NCBI GenBank assembly: GCA_965202805.1
Contig: OZ241869.1
Coordinates: 1,472,001 to 1,536,000 of the forward strand
Direction of reading: 5' to 3'
DNA: 64,000 bases
Origin: Longimicrobiales bacterium
GTDB lineage: Bacteria; Gemmatimonadota; Gemmatimonadetes; Longimicrobiales; Gaopeijiaceae
Below are positions 45,601 through 55,619 of the stretch, piece by piece. Below the pieces are notes generated by a model. The model saw only the letters and a program-made list of their open reading frames with translations. It was not told the origin of the DNA and ran no database searches. A program made the position numbers and the translations under genes. The first letter of the stretch is position 1; each line of letters opens with the position of its first letter.

Positions 45601-46101
45601 CTAGGGCCCGGCGTTCCGCAGGGGTGCCAGGGCGGCGTCCTCGACCCGTATTCGCAGGAGCACGGCGAGTGTGACGAGGAACCCCATGATTGCCGCGATG
45701 CGCCATGCCCCGAAGATCATGGGAACCGACACGACCTCGCCCACGACGAGTGCGTAGTTCGGGTGCCGCATGAAGCGGTAGGGCCCCCGCACCACCAGCG
45801 GCGCGCCGGGAACCGTGATGACGCGCACGGTCCAGTACTCGCCCAGGCTCAGCATGACCCAGGCCCGGAATGCCTGCAGCAGCAGATAGACCCCGATCCA
45901 CAACAGGCTCGGGGGCGTGCCGGGGTCGATGAACGCGGCCATCGCCGCGAACCAGGCAACGTACACCGCGACGAAGAGGGGGAGGTGCCAGCGCCCGAAC
46001 TCTTCGCCACCCCGGGCCAGGAGCCGGGCCGCGTTGCGCCGGGAAAGCGCCATGTAGCCCAGGTGCTGAAGGGCCACGATGAGCAGGATCAGATGGGTCA
46101 T
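45601..46101 (-). CDS. Isoprenylcysteine carboxyl methyltransferase family (SrsB/BpsB-like)
   Basis: LGEYWTVRV, GPYRFMRHPNY, RIRVED; overlaps the type III PKS stop. Confidence 0.88.
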   Translation of the reverse strand: MTHLILLIVALQHLGYMALSRRNAARLLARGGEEFGRWHLPLFVAVYVAWFAAMAAFIDPGTPPSLLWIGVYLLLQAFRAWVMLSLGEYWTVRVITVPGAPLVVRGPYRFMRHPNYALVVGEVVSVPMIFGAWRIAAIMGFLVTLAVLLRIRVEDAALAPLRNAGP

Positions 46102-47156
46102 GCCTCGATCAGCATCATCGCGGCGGTGAATCCCGGGCCGAGCGAAGTGAGCAGGATGCGGCCCGTGGCGCCCGCTTGCAGGGCGCGTTCCAGGACGAAC
46201 AAGGCCGTGGGCGCGGACATGTTTCCGTGACGGCGAAGGGTCTCCCGGGAATGGATCAGGGCATCCGGGGGCAGGTCGAGCGCCTCCTCCAGGGCGTCGA
46301 GAACCCGCGCTCCGCCGGGGTGCGCGGCGTACACGTCGATCTGGTCCAGCGAGAGGTCGCGGGACTGGAGGAAACCCTCGACCGCGCCGCGAAAGCGCCG
46401 CCGGACGATGTCCGGGATGCTGCGCGAGAACAGGACGCCGAACTCACCCGCTTCGCCGAAGTCCCAACCCATGACATCCAGGGAGCCGGGCCAGGTGTAC
46501 TCGCCCCAGTTCCGGACCGCCGGCCCCCGGCCCGACGTGCTCAGCACCGCGCCCGCGGCCCCGTCTCCGAAGAGCGCGGCCGCGACGACGTTGCCCTTCG
46601 ACGCGTCGTCCTTCTGGAATGTGAGCGTGCACAGTTCGACGGTGAGGAACAGGACGTTCAGTTCGGGTTCGGCCCGGCACATCGCGCCGGCACGGGCCAG
46701 CCCCAGCACTCCGCCCGCGCAGCCGAGACCGAAGATCGGCAGGCGCCGGATGTCCGGCGGCAGGCGCAGGCGATCGATGAGCAATGCGTCCAGGGTGGGG
46801 GTCGCCAGCCCCGTGCTGGACACCACGACCAGTCCGCCCACCTCCCCCGGCTCCAGCCCGGCCTGGTCGAGACATCGTGCGGCGACCTCTTCCAGGATCG
46901 CCAGCGAACACTCGATGTAGGCGTCGTTGCGTTCGGAGAAGGTGCGCGGCTGGCGATACCAGTCCAGCGGCATGGAGATCTGGCGGGAATCGATTCCGGC
47001 GTTCGCGTACACCCGCGCCATGCGGTCGAAGTTGGCAAACGAGTGCGAAAAGAACTCATAGCCGAGGGGCACCAGGTCTTCCTGCCGGTACCGGTGCGGC
47101 GCGTGTCCGCTGGCCAGGGAGTTGAGGCGAACGGCGTCGTCGTGTGGCGGCATCAC
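46098..47156 (-). CDS. Type III polyketide synthase (SrsA/BpsA-like)
   Basis: Cys-His-Asn triad: GLGCAGG, AHPGG, HGNMS; ALFGDGA, GPGF. Confidence 0.93.
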   Translation of the reverse strand: MMPPHDDAVRLNSLASGHAPHRYRQEDLVPLGYEFFSHSFANFDRMARVYANAGIDSRQISMPLDWYRQPRTFSERNDAYIECSLAILEEVAARCLDQAGLEPGEVGGLVVVSSTGLATPTLDALLIDRLRLPPDIRRLPIFGLGCAGGVLGLARAGAMCRAEPELNVLFLTVELCTLTFQKDDASKGNVVAAALFGDGAAGAVLSTSGRGPAVRNWGEYTWPGSLDVMGWDFGEAGEFGVLFSRSIPDIVRRRFRGAVEGFLQSRDLSLDQIDVYAAHPGGARVLDALEEALDLPPDALIHSRETLRRHGNMSAPTALFVLERALQAGATGRILLTSLGPGFTAAMMLIEA

Positions 47157-47163
47157 TCTCCCC

Positions 47164-48132
47164 TCACCCGCCCGGCCTTCGAACCCGCCGCTTGATCTCC
47201 GGGTCCACCCGCGTGCCGTACATGGTGATGCCGGACAGGCGCGAGAAGTAGTCGTAGGCCACCGCCGAAACCGCCTCCACCACCGCGCCGCCGTTGCCGC
47301 CGTAGTTGGACATCACCGAGATCACGTAGGGGCGGTCGGGCACGTCCACGAGGCCCCACACCGTCGACACGCCGGTGATCCCGCCCGGCTTGAACGCGAT
47401 GGGCACCTCGCGTGGAACCGGATTGCGGATGGGTCCGCCCTTGAAGATCTCGAGGATCCCCCGCACCCGCGCGCATCCCGCCTCGCCCATCGGCAGGTCG
47501 CAGCTCGCGATCCGCTCCATGATCAGCGCGGCGTCCCGCGGCGTGGACAGGTTCTCGTTGCCGCGCGCGGACTCCTCCGGCCGGATCATCTTGCGCTGAA
47601 GGCGCGTGTGCTCGGCCCCGAGCGAGGCCGAGAGCGCGTTCACCTCGTCCATTCCCATCTCGTCGATGAGGACGTTTGTGGCGGTGTTGTCGGAGTAGAC
47701 GATCATGTAGATCGCGTAGTCCTCCAGGGACAGGGACGCGCCCCCGTCGGTCAGGTGAAGCAGCACGCCGCTACCGCCGGTGCGCACCTCGTCGGTCATG
47801 TCGATGCGGCGGCCGGGCAACCCGGGCTCCTCCTCCGCCCGCCGGAAGAGCTCCAGCAGAATCGGGATCTTGATGGCGCTGGCCTGCGGGAAGAGGAGCT
47901 CGTCGTTCACCCGGAAGCGGTCCCCCGATGTCAGGTCGAGGAGATGCACGCCGGCGACGCCCTCGTAGCCATCGACGATGCTCTCCAGCTCCGCCTGCAG
48001 CTTGCCGCGCAGGAGGGCAAGATGCTCCTCCTGGGCGGAGACGGAGGACGCGAGGGAGAGGAAGAGCGCGGAGACGGCAAGGCCGAGGACCATGCCGCAG
48101 GTGGGGATACGGTGCGGCGGCAAAGGCGTCAT
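47164..48132 (-). CDS. Class A beta-lactamase-like serine hydrolase, secreted
   Basis: ASAIK (SxxK), SDN, KPG; signal peptide. Confidence 0.85.
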   Translation of the reverse strand: MTPLPPHRIPTCGMVLGLAVSALFLSLASSVSAQEEHLALLRGKLQAELESIVDGYEGVAGVHLLDLTSGDRFRVNDELLFPQASAIKIPILLELFRRAEEEPGLPGRRIDMTDEVRTGGSGVLLHLTDGGASLSLEDYAIYMIVYSDNTATNVLIDEMGMDEVNALSASLGAEHTRLQRKMIRPEESARGNENLSTPRDAALIMERIASCDLPMGEAGCARVRGILEIFKGGPIRNPVPREVPIAFKPGGITGVSTVWGLVDVPDRPYVISVMSNYGGNGGAVVEAVSAVAYDYFSRLSGITMYGTRVDPEIKRRVRRPGG

Positions 48133-48227
48133 GGTCCCTCCTGATGATGTGCTTCTGTCTGATGAAGACGCGGCGATGGCGACCCCCGGCAGCATCGGGT
48201 GACGACCAGGACCCGGCTCTGCCTGTC

Positions 48228-49379
48228 TCAGGCGCGCATCGCCGAGAAGACGGCCCGGTGCGCCGCCACGATGCGCTCCAGCGCCTCCCGGTTGGGTTCG
48301 AGCGACCACTCCCCGCGTTCGGAAGTGCCGCCGAGCACGATGCCGTCGCTGCGCGGCTGCATGTGGATGCCCAGGCCGCCGCCGGCAACGGGGGCGCCCC
48401 CGAAGGTGCCGTAGGTCACGTCCGGCTGGGGAATGAGCACGGTCAGCTGCCCCTTGAGCGGGACCATGGTGCGGTCGTCGAAGAGGTCTCGCGCCCCGAG
48501 TCCGGTGCAGTTCACGACGATCGACTCGTCCAGTTCCACCAGCTCGCGAGGCTCCGCGAACGTGCGGATGACGATGCGCCCTCCGAAGTCGACGAAGTCC
48601 CGGACCAGGGCGTCGAGGTAGACCGTAGGCTCGATGCGCATCTGGGTGCGCTGGTTCGCATAACGGGTCGCAAACGGATGTTCCCCCGGCCCGAGCAGCC
48701 TCGTGCCCGTGCGCAGATGAGCCGGAAGCAGCGGCTCGCGGTCTCCTCCGCCACCGCCGCGTGGGCGCGGCTCGTTGTCTCCGAGCGCGTAGCTGTGAAT
48801 CCAGGACACGCCGTATCCCCGGCCAACGAGCAACTGCAGCTGCCGATAGGAAATCTCCGCAGCCTCGCGGAACTGCGCGTCCCAGGCGGGCGTGCGCAGG
48901 TCATTGTCGATGAGCCCCGAGGTGGGGGTGAACCCCGCGAAGGACATGTTCGAGGTGGTGTTGGGGGGCACGTCCATCGTGTAGATGGTCACGTCGAAGC
49001 CCCGCCGCTGCAGCTGGCGCGCGGCGGTGAGCCCCACGGCCCCGCAACCAATGACGGCGGCCCGGCGGCTCTCGTGCTCCAGGGCCATCTCGGCGGCCAT
49101 CGCTCCCGTGCCCCACGAGAGCGACATCCCCGCCCCGCCGTGCCCGTAGTTGTGGATCACGGTGGTCTCGTCGAGCCGGTCGGCGCGCAGCAGAAACCCC
49201 GCCGGACGGTGGGGCCGGAGCCCCACGGTGGTGCGGATGATGCGGTCCGGGTCCACGCGCACCGGCGCGAGCCGCAGCGGTGGCTGACCCGGTGTCGAGG
49301 AGCGCGCCGCGCACGCCCCCAGCCCGCTCCCGAGCAGGCCCAGGCCACCGATCTTCAGCAGCGTTCGTCGGTCCATCAT
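48228..49379 (-). CDS. Tat-exported FAD-dependent D-amino acid oxidase-like protein, permuted domain order
   Basis: DRRTLLK...LGAC; GLRP and HNYGHGGAG come before VIGCGAVG; VVNCTGLGA, PLKGQ. Confidence 0.85.
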   Translation of the reverse strand: MMDRRTLLKIGGLGLLGSGLGACAARSSTPGQPPLRLAPVRVDPDRIIRTTVGLRPHRPAGFLLRADRLDETTVIHNYGHGGAGMSLSWGTGAMAAEMALEHESRRAAVIGCGAVGLTAARQLQRRGFDVTIYTMDVPPNTTSNMSFAGFTPTSGLIDNDLRTPAWDAQFREAAEISYRQLQLLVGRGYGVSWIHSYALGDNEPRPRGGGGGDREPLLPAHLRTGTRLLGPGEHPFATRYANQRTQMRIEPTVYLDALVRDFVDFGGRIVIRTFAEPRELVELDESIVVNCTGLGARDLFDDRTMVPLKGQLTVLIPQPDVTYGTFGGAPVAGGGLGIHMQPRSDGIVLGGTSERGEWSLEPNREALERIVAAHRAVFSAMRA

Positions 49380-49475
49380 CGCTCCGTCCCATTCCTCCAT
49401 GGCAGACGTCATCGCCGGTTCCCCATCTTGGATTCGACACCGTTGAAGGGCAACCGTCGGCAAGGAGGTTGATAT

Positions 49476-49489
49476 GTGTACCTGTACAC
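49476..49489. promoter_or_regulatory. Palindromic higBA autoregulatory operator
   Basis: GTGTAC-CT-GTACAC immediately upstream of higB. Confidence 0.55.
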
Positions 49490-49499
49490 GATACACTTC

Positions 49500-49778
49500 T
49501 TGATTCGTACGTTCCGGCACCGGGGCCTGAGGCGGTTGTACGGTCGTGGGGATGCGAGAAGAGTCCCGCCCGATCAACGAGAGCGAATCGAGATCGCGAT
49601 CGGCTATCTGGATGTGGCGAGCATCCCATCCGACCTCGACCTACCAGGCTACCGGCTGCATCCGTTGAAGGGCACACTCGCGGGATTCTGGAGCATCTCC
49701 ATCACCCGAAATTGGAGAATCGTTTTCCGGATGCATGACGGTGACGCATACGATGTTGACCTCGTCGACTACCATTGA
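49500..49778 (+). CDS. higB: HigB/RelE-family toxin
   Basis: IRTFRHRGLRRLY...PGYRLHPLKG...WSISITRNWRIVF...VDLVDYH. Confidence 0.92.
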   Translation: MIRTFRHRGLRRLYGRGDARRVPPDQRERIEIAIGYLDVASIPSDLDLPGYRLHPLKGTLAGFWSISITRNWRIVFRMHDGDAYDVDLVDYH

Positions 49779-49802
49779 CGCAACGCCGGGAGACCAGATC
49801 CG

Positions 49803-50120
49803 ATGCCGATGAGAAGCCCTCCCCATCCGGGCCGTAGCATCAGGATTACCTGTCTCGATCCGCTGGACCTGAGCGTCACCGACGCGGCGAGAGTTCTGGG
49901 CGTAGCGCGGCACACACTCTCACGCCTGTTGAATGGCCACGCGGGGATATCCGCGGAGATGGCGATTCGGCTGGAAAAGGCAGGGTGGTCCAACGCGGAG
50001 TTCTGGATGCGCCTTCAAGCGGCCTATGACCTCGCCAGGGCGCGGGAGCGCGAAGACCGGATCCGGGTCGACCTCGAACCTCTGCGCCCGCGCCTCGACG
50101 AGCAGCAGGCGGTCGGCTGA
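49803..50120 (+). CDS. higA: HigA antitoxin (XRE HTH)
   Basis: [37 protein letters not shown]. Confidence 0.93.
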   Translation: MPMRSPPHPGRSIRITCLDPLDLSVTDAARVLGVARHTLSRLLNGHAGISAEMAIRLEKAGWSNAEFWMRLQAAYDLARAREREDRIRVDLEPLRPRLDEQQAVG

Positions 50121-50132
50121 CTTCGGAGCGAC

Positions 50133-50735
50133 TCAGCCGGGCAGCACGAAGCTCACCGCGCGGTCCACATCGCGGATGTCCACCACCGCGCCGTCGGTGA
50201 AGTCGATCACGATGCGCCACGGCTGCATCCCGCGCTCGGCCGCGATCGGCTCCAGCCACACGCGCTCGATCCAGCGTACCCGCAGCAGGGCATCCTCGAG
50301 GGCGGCGAACTGAAGATTGGTTTCGGGCCCCGCGTCGATGTAGTAGTTGACGGTCTCCACATCGAAGGGGTGGTTGATGCGCCAGCGGTTGAGCGCCTGG
50401 TTGACCGTCACCCAGTCCGCGCCCGTGTCGATGAGGTGCTGGGCGTGGAAGCGAAGCAGCATGTCGTTGTGCTTGGGGTTCCGCGCCAGCGCCTCCTCCA
50501 GGAAGCGCTCGTAGGCTTCGACATCCCCGGCTGCCAGCGACTGCATCCCCTGCAGGAGCTCGGTGTCGGCCTCATCGGGCGTGGCCCGCACCAGCACCTC
50601 CGTGAGCGCCCGTCCCTCCTCGGTAAACCAGCCGGGTGGCTCGGAGCCGCGCGAGAGCCACCACTCGCGCCCGCCCACGACGAGGCACAACCCGTAGATG
50701 ACCAGCAGAATCCGGTACTTCTGATACCAGGGCAT
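50133..50735 (-). CDS. Hypothetical membrane-anchored helical (TPR-like) protein
   Basis: N-terminal TM helix; starts 1 nt after the upstream stop. Confidence 0.65.
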   Translation of the reverse strand: MPWYQKYRILLVIYGLCLVVGGREWWLSRGSEPPGWFTEEGRALTEVLVRATPDEADTELLQGMQSLAAGDVEAYERFLEEALARNPKHNDMLLRFHAQHLIDTGADWVTVNQALNRWRINHPFDVETVNYYIDAGPETNLQFAALEDALLRVRWIERVWLEPIAAERGMQPWRIVIDFTDGAVVDIRDVDRAVSFVLPG

Positions 50736-50736
50736 C

Positions 50737-51852
50737 CTACAACCCCTTCTGCACGCTCTTGTCGCGCACCTTCCAGATAAACGAATCCACGTAGTAGTGG
50801 GTGAGCGCATACGCGGCAATGAGCGTCTCCGCGAACAGCGCATAACTCGCCGCGTAATCGAGTCCCGCGATGTTGAAGTTCTGGATCGCGGCGTAGGGCG
50901 CAAAGTTGACCACCCCGAACCCGAACTCGTCGAGCGGCCGGTTGATCATCAGCTGCACCACGATGGCGTAGGCGCCCCCGCCCAGCAGGAACCACTTCAG
51001 CTTGCCCTTGCCCGCCAGACGGCTCCAGAAGCCCGGCTTCGACACCTTCAGGTCGGCTTTGCGCCGCATGAAGACGTAGACCATCACCATGTACTGGACC
51101 CCGTGCATGATCCGGTGGGCCACGTTGTAGATGAGGATGGAGTTCGTGTGCCAGGCCGCGAAGTACCACAGGAAATAGCTCGCGGCGATGAACACGTACT
51201 TGATGGGGTTGATGCGTCCGCCGTTCTGCACCAGACGCCACAGGTGCACAGTGTAGCACGCCAGGTAGATGCCGAGGGCAAGCCAGGCGACCTGCTGCAG
51301 GGTCTCGACGAAGCCCGCCGAGATGGGAATCTGCATGCGGTGCAGCTCGCGGATCCACAGGTGCCTGAACATGGGCGCCTGGATGAACATGTTCAGGTAC
51401 AGCGTCCAGTGCAGCGCCAGGTCCCAGCGGCCGGTGGAGGGCGTGCCCGCGCCCGCCTTGAAGTCGTAGATGCGGCTGAAGCCGTGCTGCTGCATGATGC
51501 TGTGCTGATGGTCCCAAGCCGTGACCATGAGCAGCAGGGTGATCGGCGCCCAGGTGAGCCCCGCGGCGGTGAGCCCGAAGATGACGATGGGCCCGAGGAC
51601 GAGCCGGTCCTTGAAGCGCGCCCACTCCTCCGGCATCCCGTAGCTGCGCACCCAGCCCGCGTAGTGGTGGGGCACCGTGATCCAGAGGTTGACGGAGGCC
51701 ACCACGACGTAGGGCAGCCACATCTGGAAGCCCAGCGCGATCGCCACCGCCAGGAAGGGCAGCCCCAGAAACCACACCAGGTCGAGGCGCGGGTTCAGGA
51801 TGTAGCCGGTGCGGAAGGGCGACTCGCCCGACCGATTGCCATGTGTGGTCAT
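50737..51852 (-). CDS. His-rich integral membrane protein of unknown function
   Basis: Several TM segments with PHH, DHQH, AHxxxH and THYYVDSFIWK motifs. Confidence 0.75.
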   Translation of the reverse strand: MTTHGNRSGESPFRTGYILNPRLDLVWFLGLPFLAVAIALGFQMWLPYVVVASVNLWITVPHHYAGWVRSYGMPEEWARFKDRLVLGPIVIFGLTAAGLTWAPITLLLMVTAWDHQHSIMQQHGFSRIYDFKAGAGTPSTGRWDLALHWTLYLNMFIQAPMFRHLWIRELHRMQIPISAGFVETLQQVAWLALGIYLACYTVHLWRLVQNGGRINPIKYVFIAASYFLWYFAAWHTNSILIYNVAHRIMHGVQYMVMVYVFMRRKADLKVSKPGFWSRLAGKGKLKWFLLGGGAYAIVVQLMINRPLDEFGFGVVNFAPYAAIQNFNIAGLDYAASYALFAETLIAAYALTHYYVDSFIWKVRDKSVQKGL

Positions 51853-52310
51853 ACCTGATCCGTCCGGCGAGTGTCCGGGAGACGAGGTGGCCGCGCACAC
51901 CTGCCAGCCGACCTCGCGGGCCAAAGCTCGCCAGCCTGCGGGACGGAGGTCAAGACGCTTCCGGCCGTCCCCGGACCTGTTCCGCAATCGGCGCTGGAAG
52001 GACGCGTCCGTGATGACCCGAGATCCCGGGGGGCGTGCGCGGTCGAGGTCACGGACCGGGCCGATGTGAACGTGGACCTGCTTTAACGCTCGGCCTCATC
52101 CCCGTCGGAGGCGGAGACCGGTACTGGAGCGGACCAAGGCACCGTGTTCTGACTCTTCGGGCCGGTGTGGCGCTTCCGGTCGGGTAGCAGGCAACTCTCC
52201 CGGATGGCATGGTCGGGAACCAGTTCCACTTGCACACCCCACTAATTACTAATCATTTAGTTTGGCACGCCGGCTCCCGGCATACTACTGACTTGAGGGC
52301 ACAGACCAGG

Positions 52311-53411
52311 ATGGCTGGCGCCAACACGGCATCGCGATCGATCTTGCCCAGCTCCGCTGGGAGCCTGACCGTCTTCCTTGTTGCGGCCTGTGGGGGCGCG
52401 GAGAGTCCTGCCGCAGCTCCCGTCACCGGCACCCTCGACGAGGTATTCACCGTCGAGGAAGTCCTGCACCTCGGCGAAGACCCCGCCGACTCGATTGCCG
52501 AGATCGGAGCCTTCGTCGAGCGCCGGGACGGCGGCCATGTGATCGGTGACCGCTTCCTGCCGCGGGTGCGGACCTACGACGAAGAGGGGCGGCTGGAGGG
52601 GGCCTTCGGGAGATTCGGAGACGGTCCCTTCGAGTTTCGGCGGATCACGGCGGTGGCGGAGATGCCTTCCGGGGAGGTCGTGGCAGTAGATGCCGCGCGG
52701 GGCCGGGCGACGTACATGAGCGGGTCCCTGGTCCCCGACACGTTCGCAACGTTCCCCTCGGTTCCCCTGGATGCTCGCGCGCTCGGGCCTGACCTGCTCG
52801 TGCGGATGTACGCGACAGGCCGAGACCGCTTCGGTCATCCACCACTCCTTCACCGCGTAACGCCTACGGAAGTGGTGTGGAGCAGCTACGAACTCCCGTT
52901 CTCCCTCGCCGAGAGGCCGTACTGGAGTTCGTTCGCGCCATTCCCGATCGCGGTCAGCGGGGACACGACCTTTGCAATGTCCGGGGTCAGATACCCGGTA
53001 ACGGTCATCGATGGATCGGGAGAGACCCTGGGCACCCTTGGAACTCCGTCTGCCTCATTCAGGCCGATTCGCGTATTGGAAAGCGGCGCGCTGGCCAATC
53101 TCGCGAGCTACGGCACGACGCTGCCGGAGCTCCTGGCGAGCTTCGACGTCGTCGACCGCATCGACGCGGTCGATGCGCATCTTGTCCTGACACGAGGCCG
53201 GTACAATCCCGAGCGCCCAATGCCTCCCCTCGAGGTTCTGCACACGTCGCTCGAAGTCTACGACCGGGGCACCGGCACCAAGCTCTATGAGGATGTGCCG
53301 CTTCCAGACGGATCCAGGGTGCTGGGTGGCGGACGGTTTCTGTACCTGCTCCTGGACATGCACGCTCCACCCTGGCGGATCGCGAAGCTCCGGTTCCGGG
53401 TGCAGGATTGA
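52311..53411 (+). CDS. Putative lipoprotein, 6-bladed beta-propeller-like
   Basis: LVAAC lipobox; GRFGDGPFEF (NHL/6-blade-type motif). Confidence 0.7.
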   Translation: MAGANTASRSILPSSAGSLTVFLVAACGGAESPAAAPVTGTLDEVFTVEEVLHLGEDPADSIAEIGAFVERRDGGHVIGDRFLPRVRTYDEEGRLEGAFGRFGDGPFEFRRITAVAEMPSGEVVAVDAARGRATYMSGSLVPDTFATFPSVPLDARALGPDLLVRMYATGRDRFGHPPLLHRVTPTEVVWSSYELPFSLAERPYWSSFAPFPIAVSGDTTFAMSGVRYPVTVIDGSGETLGTLGTPSASFRPIRVLESGALANLASYGTTLPELLASFDVVDRIDAVDAHLVLTRGRYNPERPMPPLEVLHTSLEVYDRGTGTKLYEDVPLPDGSRVLGGGRFLYLLLDMHAPPWRIAKLRFRVQD

Positions 53412-53538
53412 GGGGAGTCCGGGCTCCCGACGGGCGTTGGTCGCGCCCGCGGCCAGTTGGTTCGCGGATTCATGGCGGGTAGCTCACGCAGCTGGATCCC
53501 TCCCATGGTGGACTTCCTGGGCTGAGTTACTCCTCTGG

Positions 53539-53579
53539 ATGTAAGGTGTCCATTACATAATGTAACTTGTGCATTACAT
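53539..53579. promoter_or_regulatory. Tandem palindromic operators, 2x ATGTAA-N8-TTACAT
   Basis: 53539-53558 and 53560-53579, upstream of the regulator-modABC operon. Confidence 0.8.
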
Positions 53580-53670
53580 TTTCTGGGCGTATCCTTCCCG
53601 GTGTGGGGCTGCGCAATGCGCCCTCGTCCCGGTTGGACGAGGAGGAGACGGCGCGACGCTTGATCGGGAG

Positions 53671-54822
53671 ATGCACATGCCGGAGACTCAACTCCACAAC
53701 GCCGTCCGGCGATACCGCCGCGATCTGGGCCTGTCGCAGGAGGCCCTTGGGGACCGGGTCGGAGTGAGCCGGCACGCCATCATGGCGATCGAAGCGGGGC
53801 GGCAGGTCCCGTCCACCACGCTGGCGTTGCGGCTGGCAGACACGTTCGACTGTGCCGTGAAGGACCTCTTCCGCCTCGATCCGGTCACCGAACTGGAGGT
53901 GCGCCTCCCTCCCCCCCGCCCCGCCGCGACCGCCTCCCCGCCCATCCCCTCCTCCCGGGTGGCCGTCGGCCGCGTGGGTGGCGGGTGGACGGCCCATCCC
54001 CTCCCCGCGCACGCGACCGGGGCGGCCGACGCGATCGTGGTGGAGGAAGGAGCGGCGGGGTTCCATTCCGCCCGCGTCCGCCCCGTGCGCGACATGCGGC
54101 AGCTTGAGCGCAACGTCCTGGTCGCCGGATGCGCCCCCCTGCTCGCCAACCTGGCCCACCGGGTCGGGGAGGGGTCCGAGGACGCGCGCGCCACCTGGAT
54201 TCCCGCCAGCAGCCACCGCGCCCTGGACCTGCTGGCCGCGGGGATGGTGCACATTGCCGGGCTCCATCTGTCGGGTGGCGCGTCGCGCGAGGCCAACGCA
54301 GATGCGGTGCGGCGGCTCTTCCCGGGCAGGCGCATGCTGGTAGTCAACCTGACTCGCTGGCGCCAGGGCTTCGTGGTGGCCGCGCGCAACCCGCTGGACA
54401 TCCGCGACGCCGCCGACCTGCTCCGCCCGGGTGTGCGGGTGGTGGGGCGCGAGCCAGGCACCGGGGCCGACGAGCTGTTCGCTCGCCTGCTCGCCGACGA
54501 GCCCGGCGGACGGCCCGATTTCTCCGGTCCGGTGGCGGAGGGGCACCTCGACGTGGCCCGGCGGGTCCACTGCGGCGCGGCGGACGCCGGCGTCGCCATC
54601 GAGAGCGCGGCGCTCGCCTGGGGGCTGGGGTTCGTGCCGCTGGTGGAGGAGCGCTTCGACCTGGTCATTCCGGCCTCCATTGCCGAGGCCCCGCCGGTGT
54701 CCCGCTTCGTCGAAACCCTGGACGACCCCGGCTTCCGCGCCGAGGCGGCCTCCCTGCCGGGCTACGACACCTCCATCAGCGGGCACGCGAGCACGCTCGA
54801 GGCGGGGAGCGCGGGGTCGTGA
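53671..54822 (+). CDS. XRE-HTH + PBP (molybdate-binding-like) transcriptional regulator
   Basis: LSQEALGDRVGVSRHAIMAIEAG (HTH); SSHRAL, HIAGLHL, REPGTGA, ADAGV, ERFDLV (PBP_like). Confidence 0.88.
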   Translation: MHMPETQLHNAVRRYRRDLGLSQEALGDRVGVSRHAIMAIEAGRQVPSTTLALRLADTFDCAVKDLFRLDPVTELEVRLPPPRPAATASPPIPSSRVAVGRVGGGWTAHPLPAHATGAADAIVVEEGAAGFHSARVRPVRDMRQLERNVLVAGCAPLLANLAHRVGEGSEDARATWIPASSHRALDLLAAGMVHIAGLHLSGGASREANADAVRRLFPGRRMLVVNLTRWRQGFVVAARNPLDIRDAADLLRPGVRVVGREPGTGADELFARLLADEPGGRPDFSGPVAEGHLDVARRVHCGAADAGVAIESAALAWGLGFVPLVEERFDLVIPASIAEAPPVSRFVETLDDPGFRAEAASLPGYDTSISGHASTLEAGSAGS

Positions 54823-55613
54823 GGGGCGGGCGGCACCAGGGTGCGGCCCCGTCGGCCACGCTGGCGTGCATCGCGCTGGTCACCGCACTGCTTCAGGGCT
54901 GCGCCCCGGCCGACTCCTCCCGAACCCTCCACGTCTACGCTGCCTCCTCCCTCGCCGAGAGCTTTTTCGCGATGGAGGAGGCGTTCGAGGTCGCCCATCC
55001 CGGCACCGACGTGGTGCTCGCGTTCGCGGGCAGCCAGGTGCTCCGCCTCCAGATCGAGCAGGGCGCTCCCGCCGACGTGTTCGCCTCCGCCGATCCGGCG
55101 CACATGCAGGCCCTGGTGGAGCGCGGCCGAGTCCGCGACGGGCGCGTCTTCGCGCACAACCAGCTGGTGCTCATCGTTCCGCCCGGGAACCCCGCGCGCA
55201 TCGAGTCCTTCCGCGACCTGCCGCGCGCCAGCCGGTTGGTGATCGGAACCGAGAACGTCCCCGTGGGCAGTTACGCGCGCCGGGTGCTGCGGCGCGCCGA
55301 GGCCGCGGGAGACGGCGGCTTCGCGGCTTCGGTACTCGCGCGGGTTGCCTCCGAGGAAAGCAACGTGCGCCTGGTGCGGGCCAAGGTGGAGCTCGGCGAA
55401 GCCGATGCCGCCATCGTCTACCGGAGCGACACCGTGGCGGCCGGCGGCGTGCGCGCCATCGAAATCCCGCCTGCCCTGAACGTCAACGCCGACTACTCCA
55501 TCGGCATCGTGGAGGGCAGCGCGAACGGGGCTCTCGCCGAGGCGTGGCTCGCCTTCGTTCTGTCCGGGGAAGGCCGCCGACTCCTGGCCCGGCACGGGTT
55601 CGCAGCGGAGTAG
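54819..55613 (+). CDS. modA: Molybdate ABC transporter substrate-binding lipoprotein
   Basis: LQGC lipobox; VYAASSL, FAGSQ, GAPADVFASA, VPVGSYA, ADAAIVYRSD. Confidence 0.92.
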   Translation: MRGGRHQGAAPSATLACIALVTALLQGCAPADSSRTLHVYAASSLAESFFAMEEAFEVAHPGTDVVLAFAGSQVLRLQIEQGAPADVFASADPAHMQALVERGRVRDGRVFAHNQLVLIVPPGNPARIESFRDLPRASRLVIGTENVPVGSYARRVLRRAEAAGDGGFAASVLARVASEESNVRLVRAKVELGEADAAIVYRSDTVAAGGVRAIEIPPALNVNADYSIGIVEGSANGALAEAWLAFVLSGEGRRLLARHGFAAE

Positions 55614-55619
55614 CAACGG

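Noticed and set aside
47164..48132. Bona fide antibiotic-resistance beta-lactamase
   Set aside because: KPG instead of KTG/KSG, no clear Glu166 omega-loop motif, and no mobile context.
49500..50120. higBA as marker of a mobile element
   Set aside because: No flanking repeats, integrase or transposase seen; treated as an ordinary stand-alone TA pair.
52241..52285. Sigma-54 promoter (TTGGCACG) and ACTAA-N4-TTAGT palindrome
   Set aside because: The -12 TTGC element is missing at the required spacing, and the palindrome is too short to support alone.
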